Of a stretch of 64,000 nucleotides of DNA, positions 58,663 through 64,000 are shown piece after piece. How positions within the stretch are numbered: the first letter of the stretch is position 1; each line of letters begins with the position of its first letter. Below the pieces are notes generated by a model that made no database searches, was not told the origin of the DNA, and worked only from the letters and a program-made list of their open reading frames with translations. A program made the position numbers and the translations under genes. The stretch comes from Microgenomates group bacterium. GTDB taxonomy: Bacteria > Patescibacteriota > Microgenomatia > UBA10105 > UBA927. The stretch lies in contig JBAQFJ010000001.1 in NCBI GenBank assembly GCA_049287205.1, positions 703,041 to 767,040 on the forward strand. Direction: 5' to 3'.

Positions 58663-59847
58663 ATGTCCTATCAAGACAAGCTTAAACGAAATATCGTTTT
58701 ATTTCGCATATCAAGGTTTTTTATATCCCTTCTTTTTTTCATGCCAGTCTGGTATGCATTTGAACGGACTTTTGCATCAGCTGAAACGCTCGCATTTATC
58801 TATGGCGCGACGCATCTCGTTTCTGTGTTTCTTGAACTCCCAACCGGCGCACTCGCCGATCTTATTGGAAGAAAACGCGTCGTCATTTTAGGATTGCTTA
58901 TTCACGGCGGAAGTTTCATTCTCCTTTCACAATCACAAAACGTTTCATGGATTTGGATTGGATATATTCTTTGCCAAATCGGTAATACGTTTATTTCGGG
59001 TGCTGATTCTGCGCTTTTCTATGACACACTCAAAGAACTCAAAAAAGAAAACCAATTCACACTGATTGCAAACCAAAATGAACTTATCTATCGGGTAGGT
59101 CTTACACTTGCATCCATTGCCGGAGGATATATATTTCTTGTATATTTCCGTCTCCCATATTTTTTAGTCGGTATTGTCAATATCATCGCTGCACTTGTCA
59201 CACTCTATATGGTTGAACCGCATATTGATTCAGAAAAATTCACACTGGTTAATTACATCAGGCAAACAAAACTCGGATTTGCCCAACTTTGGAAAACACC
59301 GTTTATCAGAGACTTGTCGCTGTACTATATTTCTATCAGCGGCGTCACGTGGTATTACCTATATTACCTGTTAAACGCATTTACGACGGACGTAGGATTT
59401 TTACCAATAGAACGCGGATGGCTTTCAGCAATCAACAGTTTACTTGTTGCAGGACTTGGTATACTCATTGCGAAATACAAATTATTTTCCAGAAAAACAA
59501 CATTCTTATTTTTTCCAATTGCGCTCTTGCTCGGATTTTTCGCTGCGCCGTTTATTCCGAAACCCTATGCGGCCATTCCCATCTTTATCATCTACCTCGC
59601 ATCCATTTTTCGTTGGACATATTTGGATAAATATACAAACGAGGAGTTTGAATCAAAATACCGGGCAACTGCAATTTCAGCACTCAGCATGAGCACAAGC
59701 ATCATTTACTTCATACTGTCCTTCGCACTCATCCCGATACTAGTCCGTCACGGAAATGCATGGGTAATGTTCAGTCTCGGCATCATCGTCCTTCTCACTG
59801 CAGTGCCGACTACAATTGTACTTCTAAAAAAACACAAAGAGCAGTAA
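58663..59847 (+). CDS. MFS transporter
   Basis: 394 aa, about 12 TM helices, 'GALADLIGRKRV' MFS loop motif; TATAAT at 58652-58657. Confidence 0.75.
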   Translation: MSYQDKLKRNIVLFRISRFFISLLFFMPVWYAFERTFASAETLAFIYGATHLVSVFLELPTGALADLIGRKRVVILGLLIHGGSFILLSQSQNVSWIWIGYILCQIGNTFISGADSALFYDTLKELKKENQFTLIANQNELIYRVGLTLASIAGGYIFLVYFRLPYFLVGIVNIIAALVTLYMVEPHIDSEKFTLVNYIRQTKLGFAQLWKTPFIRDLSLYYISISGVTWYYLYYLLNAFTTDVGFLPIERGWLSAINSLLVAGLGILIAKYKLFSRKTTFLFFPIALLLGFFAAPFIPKPYAAIPIFIIYLASIFRWTYLDKYTNEEFESKYRATAISALSMSTSIIYFILSFALIPILVRHGNAWVMFSLGIIVLLTAVPTTIVLLKKHKEQ

Positions 59848-59850
59848 ATT

Positions 59851-60831
59851 TTATTCTGCAAACTCTTTCCAAACAGCGTCATCAATTTCAAAAAATTCAT
59901 CCTTTATTATTTTTTGCTTATATTCTTCTGATTGTTTCCCAGGAATACGAACCGGTGATTTACTATCCCGAGATGGACTTTTTAAAATATCATTCACTAA
60001 TTGAGTTGCCTGTTTTTTAAATTCGTCAATATCTCCAAATACTGTAGGGTCAATCGCAATAAATAAACTCCCTAAATCTTTTTCATTTTGTACCGCGAGT
60101 CCGCTTTTCGCACGGACGAATATACCTGTTAATACTTCTAAGAGAAGATTAATTGCGTATCCTTTATACCCACCAAATGGGATAAGTCCAATCGCTTTTT
60201 CAGGATCTGTTGTAAATGCTCCTTTTTTATCCACATACACAAAATCTTCCAGTTTTTTCTTCTGCGCTTTTGCCAGATGGATTGTTCCATACGCATATTG
60301 TGCCGTCGCTCCATCAAACACAATTGGTGTTGTTTGCGTTGGAATAGCATAAGAGATTGGATTTGTTCCAAAAATTGGCTCAAGACCGCCAAATGGAACA
60401 ACTCCTGCAGGACCTCCGTTTGCACAAACAATACCGATCAAATTATGTTCAGCGATATGCCGGCTATAGACACTCATCATGTCGTGATAAGTTGAGTTAT
60501 ACATACCCACCATACCAATCCCCTGAGTTTTTGCCATTTCAGAAACCATACCTGCCATTTTCATACCAACAAGCAATGCGAATTTCCCCTGTGCATCTAT
60601 TAATTTAATTGAGGGTCTATCAACAACAATTTTTTCCTGAATATCTTTTGACTCTCGCAAATGTTTATTTATATTTTCAATTGTTGCAGAGGAAAACGGA
60701 GAAAATTTATTATTATATAAGGCTTGTTCCATAAGTATGGAAATAATCGTTTCAATATCTTCGTGAGAAGCATTTGATGCAGTAAGTAAATCACGAAAAG
60801 TGGATTCAACCTGAGAAATAGGAATCTTCAT
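59851..60831 (-). CDS. Ldh_2 family (malate/L-lactate/sulfolactate dehydrogenase type 2) oxidoreductase
   Basis: 'FGGYKGYAINLLLEVLTG', 'NPISYAIP'; 'aaggagg' SD. Confidence 0.7.
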   Translation of the reverse strand: MKIPISQVESTFRDLLTASNASHEDIETIISILMEQALYNNKFSPFSSATIENINKHLRESKDIQEKIVVDRPSIKLIDAQGKFALLVGMKMAGMVSEMAKTQGIGMVGMYNSTYHDMMSVYSRHIAEHNLIGIVCANGGPAGVVPFGGLEPIFGTNPISYAIPTQTTPIVFDGATAQYAYGTIHLAKAQKKKLEDFVYVDKKGAFTTDPEKAIGLIPFGGYKGYAINLLLEVLTGIFVRAKSGLAVQNEKDLGSLFIAIDPTVFGDIDEFKKQATQLVNDILKSPSRDSKSPVRIPGKQSEEYKQKIIKDEFFEIDDAVWKEFAE

Positions 60832-60907
60832 ACAGTGTCCTCCTTAAAGAATAACCTAAGCACTACCATAGGACAGGAGGCTTAATTTTGCAAGAAGAAA
60901 TAATCGT

Positions 60908-61294
60908 TCATCTCTTCGGCACGTTCTTGAACAGTCGCTTCCGAAGATTGGTTGTTGTCGTCAATCCTTTTTCCTGTGCTTCAACAACACTGGCAAGCGC
61001 ATTATCAAGTCGTTTGGATGCTTCTTCTGTCAAATCCTCTTTTTTGTCTTCAATCTGTTCCAACACTTGTTCTTTGATTGCTTCACCTTTTTTCAGAAGC
61101 TCTTCGCCTTTTTCCTTCAGTTCATCCACTTTATCTTCTAGATCATCAAGTGTTTCTTTCCCTTTTCGGACAAGCATCTTTTCGACTTTTTTTCCTTCTT
61201 TTGTCCCCATCAAAAACATCACACCGGCGCCGATAAGACCTCCGATGAAAAAACCAATCATAAATTTATTATCTCGACCAGAATCATTATTCAT
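60908..61294 (-). CDS. YtxH-like membrane-associated protein
   Basis: 'GFFIGGLIGAGVMFLM' then coiled coil; start trimmed to the ATG at 61294 with an AAGGAG SD. Confidence 0.6.
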   Translation of the reverse strand: MNNDSGRDNKFMIGFFIGGLIGAGVMFLMGTKEGKKVEKMLVRKGKETLDDLEDKVDELKEKGEELLKKGEAIKEQVLEQIEDKKEDLTEEASKRLDNALASVVEAQEKGLTTTTNLRKRLFKNVPKR

Positions 61295-61547
61295 TTGATT
61301 CTCCTTTCTTACGAAACATAGAAAACACATTCATTCCTGTTTTGATGCCGCCAATCACTCCAGCAATACTGGTTGCCGAGTCGCTCACGATGCCGGTTAC
61401 TTTTCCACCGTCATCAAGCATCTTATTTATCTTCTGTACAGTGAGTTTAAATTCTTTCATGATTCCAATAGTCTGAATCGTAAGAATGACGATGAGGGTA
61501 GTCAAAATGAAGCTAATAACGATGATAGTAAGTTGTACTGGATCCAT
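61287..61547 (-). CDS. DUF948 (YtxG-like) small membrane protein
   Basis: 86 aa, N-terminal TM, 'KINKMLDD...V..V' ; immediately upstream of the YtxH-like gene. Confidence 0.5.
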   Translation of the reverse strand: MDPVQLTIIVISFILTTLIVILTIQTIGIMKEFKLTVQKINKMLDDGGKVTGIVSDSATSIAGVIGGIKTGMNVFSMFRKKGESNE

Positions 61548-61606
61548 AGGCAGGAATCAAACGTACAACAACAATAAAACAAAAAAAGTTTTGTGTCAAT
61601 AAGATC

Positions 61607-62242
61607 CTATTGCTGCAGTCCAACTTTCAACACTTCTGTTTTTGTTTTGCCAAATCTCGATGTTGCGATGACCGTAATGGTGTTCACTCCTGACTCAAGC
61701 GTCACTTGGGTAAAAAACTTCCCGTCACCCCGCACAGAGACACTCAAGCCGTTGACTGTGACGGTGGTATCGCTATTGGTGTCCCCCATAACATCCAATT
61801 TCTTTTCTCCGACAATACTTTCATGCACGGGTTTTGTAATAGTCAATTCCGGCGGACGCTGAAGTTTTTGATATTGAATAAAAAAGTACGATAAAAAAAT
61901 GATAGATAGTCCAATAAGCAAAATAGTAATAAATCTCCCAGGAGTAAGTCGTAATCCTTTTGCCTCTATCTCCTGCGCTTTTTTCGGCAAGATCACCGTC
62001 CGTTTTACATCATCACTTTGGCGTCTGAAAAACGCCATGATCGTTGCACTTTCAAGGCCTAAAAATTCACTGTAATTTTTAACAAATCCTTTTGCGTAGA
62101 CAGGCGACGGTAATAATTGATATGCATCTGCTTCTATCGCCTCTAAAAACTTTAACCGAATTTTTGTCTGTCTCTCAACTTCCATGAGGGTAATACCTTT
62201 GGCAACTCTTGCTTCTTTTAACATGGTGCCGACGGTGTTCAT
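61607..62242 (-). CDS. rodZ: RodZ-like cytoskeleton protein (XRE HTH, TM, C-terminal beta domain)
   Basis: 'LKEARVAKGITLMEVERQTKIRLKFLEAIE', one TM, C-terminal DUF4115-like domain. Confidence 0.65.
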   Translation of the reverse strand: MNTVGTMLKEARVAKGITLMEVERQTKIRLKFLEAIEADAYQLLPSPVYAKGFVKNYSEFLGLESATIMAFFRRQSDDVKRTVILPKKAQEIEAKGLRLTPGRFITILLIGLSIIFLSYFFIQYQKLQRPPELTITKPVHESIVGEKKLDVMGDTNSDTTVTVNGLSVSVRGDGKFFTQVTLESGVNTITVIATSRFGKTKTEVLKVGLQQ

Positions 62243-62259
62243 ATGAAGATGTGTAAGAA

Positions 62260-64000
62260 TTACTGTTGTCCTTGCTGCATGGATTGCTGATTCGCGTAGT
62301 AATCATCAGGATTTTTGATCAGGACATCCCGCGGTTTTGACCCTTCTCCTGCGCCGATGATTCCTTCGGCTTCCAATTGATCCAAAATTCTCGCGGCTCT
62401 TGCGTATCCGACAGACAGTCTTCGTTGTAACAGCGATGCGGATGCTTTGTCATGCTGACAAATTAAACGAAATGCTTCATCAAACAACGGATCTTTCCCG
62501 TCAGCGGTTGTATTGACCATGCCTCCACCACTGCCTCTATGCATAGCTGACACCGGTGTGTTTACCACTTCATCGGTATATTGCACCGGAGAATTTTTCG
62601 ATTTCAAATATTCCACCACTTTATTTACTTCCGGTTCTGATACAAACGTTCCTTGAATACGCGTTGGCTTACTTTGGTCGGGAGGAATAAACAACATGTC
62701 TCCCCGACCCAAGAGTTTTTCTGCTCCCGGCATATCAAGAACCACACGAGAATCAATCATGGAAGACACGTTAAATGCGATACGTGCAGGGATGTTCGCT
62801 TTGATGAGTCCCGTAATGACGTCGACGCTCGGCCGTTGCGTGGCAAGCACTAAGTGAATGCCGACTGCACGGGACATCTGCGCAATTTTACAAATCGTAT
62901 CCTCAGCATCAACAGGCGCATATGCCATGAGTGTTGCAAGCTCATCAATAAAGATAATGATGTATGGCATCGCCTGCATGCCGGCAAGTTCATTGAAACT
63001 GTCAATATTTTTTACACCCACTTCTGCAAGTTGTTTGTATCTGTTTTCCATTTCTTTCACTGCATAGTGGAGGGCTGACAGTGCTTTGTCTGCATCCACG
63101 ATAACAGGTGCCAACAAATGCGGGATGCCGTTATATCCAGTAAGCTCCACTCGTTTTGGATCGATCATGATGAGTTTTACTTCTTGTGGCGTTGTTCTAA
63201 ATAAAAGTGATGTAATAAATGCGTTCACAAGCACAGACTTTCCGGAACCGGTCGTTCCTGCAATTAACATGTGTGGCATTTTTCCAACATCAACCGTCAC
63301 AGGATTTCCTGCAACATCCAATCCCAAGGCCACGGTCAATTTACTTTTTGCCTTCCCAAGTGCATCAGATTCCAACATGTGTTTGAGCGTGACAAACTCA
63401 AGTCCACGATTAGGAATTTCAATACCAACCAAGTTTCGACCCGGAATTGGGGTTTGAATACGGACTTGCCCCGTTGGCGCTGCAAGAGCAAGAGCCAAGT
63501 CGCTTGATAAGGATTGGATTTTGGAAACTTTTGTACCAAGGGCAATTTCAAGCGCATATTCGGTAATTGCTGGCCCTTTATTTACTTCAACAACATTGGC
63601 CATAATGCCGAAACTTCCCAGCGTTTTTTTAATCGTGTCCGCGTTGTATTTGACGTCTCCGCGATCTGCCCGTTGATTTGGCCCATCAGAAAGAAGCGTA
63701 AGCGGCGGATATTCCCACACGCGTTGTTCCTGTATGTTGGAACTATTTATTTTGAAATCAGCTCCGAGTTCCATTGCCTTGTTCGTTCCTGCTGCAGTGG
63801 GTGCGTGTTTCGGAGCAAGGGGCTGGGTACCTGCAGGTGGAGTACCGCCTTTGATCGTCATTGGTTTATCCATAAATTCTTCCCCTTTGATTTTCATCTG
63901 CTTTACACCGCCCACAAATTTATCTTGTGGAGATACCATATTCTTGAAAAAATCGCCGATCCATTCAAGGATTTTTTGTACTCCCATGAGTAGCACATTA
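62260..64000 (-). CDS. ftsK: DNA translocase FtsK/SpoIIIE (motor and gamma domains; 5' end beyond window)
   Basis: 'GTTGSGKS' Walker A, 'IIIFIDELA' Walker B, gamma winged helix 'LLQRRLSVGYARAARILDQLE'; reading frame still open at the window edge. Confidence 0.85.
   Translation of the reverse strand, partial: NVLLMGVQKILEWIGDFFKNMVSPQDKFVGGVKQMKIKGEEFMDKPMTIKGGTPPAGTQPLAPKHAPTAAGTNKAMELGADFKINSSNIQEQRVWEYPPLTLLSDGPNQRADRGDVKYNADTIKKTLGSFGIMANVVEVNKGPAITEYALEIALGTKVSKIQSLSSDLALALAAPTGQVRIQTPIPGRNLVGIEIPNRGLEFVTLKHMLESDALGKAKSKLTVALGLDVAGNPVTVDVGKMPHMLIAGTTGSGKSVLVNAFITSLLFRTTPQEVKLIMIDPKRVELTGYNGIPHLLAPVIVDADKALSALHYAVKEMENRYKQLAEVGVKNIDSFNELAGMQAMPYIIIFIDELATLMAYAPVDAEDTICKIAQMSRAVGIHLVLATQRPSVDVITGLIKANIPARIAFNVSSMIDSRVVLDMPGAEKLLGRGDMLFIPPDQSKPTRIQGTFVSEPEVNKVVEYLKSKNSPVQYTDEVVNTPVSAMHRGSGGGMVNTTADGKDPLFDEAFRLICQHDKASASLLQRRLSVGYARAARILDQLEAEGIIGAGEGSKPRDVLIKNPDDYYANQQSMQQGQQ

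Noticed and set aside
1-64000. CRISPR array or other cas genes accompanying the Cas4-like nuclease
   Set aside because: A visual scan of all intergenic regions found no regularly spaced direct repeats and no cas1/cas2-like ORFs. The Cas4-like gene is treated as an orphan.

Overview
Dense, almost entirely minus-strand coding window from a moderately AT-rich, reduced-genome bacterium. Gene content and order fit a Candidate Phyla Radiation / Patescibacteria-like or other Gram-positive-type organism. This is inferred from sequence alone; no search was run.

The core is a ribosomal-protein super-operon read right to left: rpoB-rpoC-rpsL-rpsG | 5.7-kb accessory insertion | fusA-tuf-rpsJ | rplC-rplD-rplW-rplB-rpsS-rplV-rpsC-rplP-rpmC-rpsQ-rplN-rplX-rplE-rpsZ-rpsH-rplF-rplR-rpsE-rplO-secY-adk-cmk-map-infA-rpmJ-rpsM-rpsK-rpsD-rpoA-rplQ-rplM-rpsI. 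L30 (rpmD) is absent between rpsE and rplO. rpmJ (L36) is missing from the ORF track and was found by manual translation.

Other content: recA-recX-rny, hup, miaA-miaB, a tRNA-Pro(GGG), and a type-A RNase P RNA (rnpB) lying divergent from a truncated comM/yifB. The right third carries envelope and salvage genes: two mltG paralogs, a membrane-anchored thermonuclease, MazG-like, rlmN, an RRM/RGG protein, a CDGSH protein, DUF2207, an AMP/thymidine-phosphorylase-family enzyme, a sortase, a large FtsA/PilM-like membrane fusion protein, a short alaS, MFS, Ldh_2, ytxG-ytxH, rodZ and partial ftsK.

The best candidate for something unusual is the accessory insertion that splits the otherwise universal rpsL-rpsG-fusA-tuf (str) operon. 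It carries CapA-like, two secreted proteins, a DUF2130 coiled-coil protein with a putative PD-(D/E)xK C-terminus, TspO, a stand-alone Cas4/RecB-like Fe-S nuclease and a divergent MtaB-like radical-SAM enzyme.

A recurring leader architecture was also seen upstream of fusA, rplC and infA: a sigma70-like promoter, then a GC hairpin with a U-tract, then a start codon without a Shine-Dalgarno. No CRISPR array, transposase or integrase was found.
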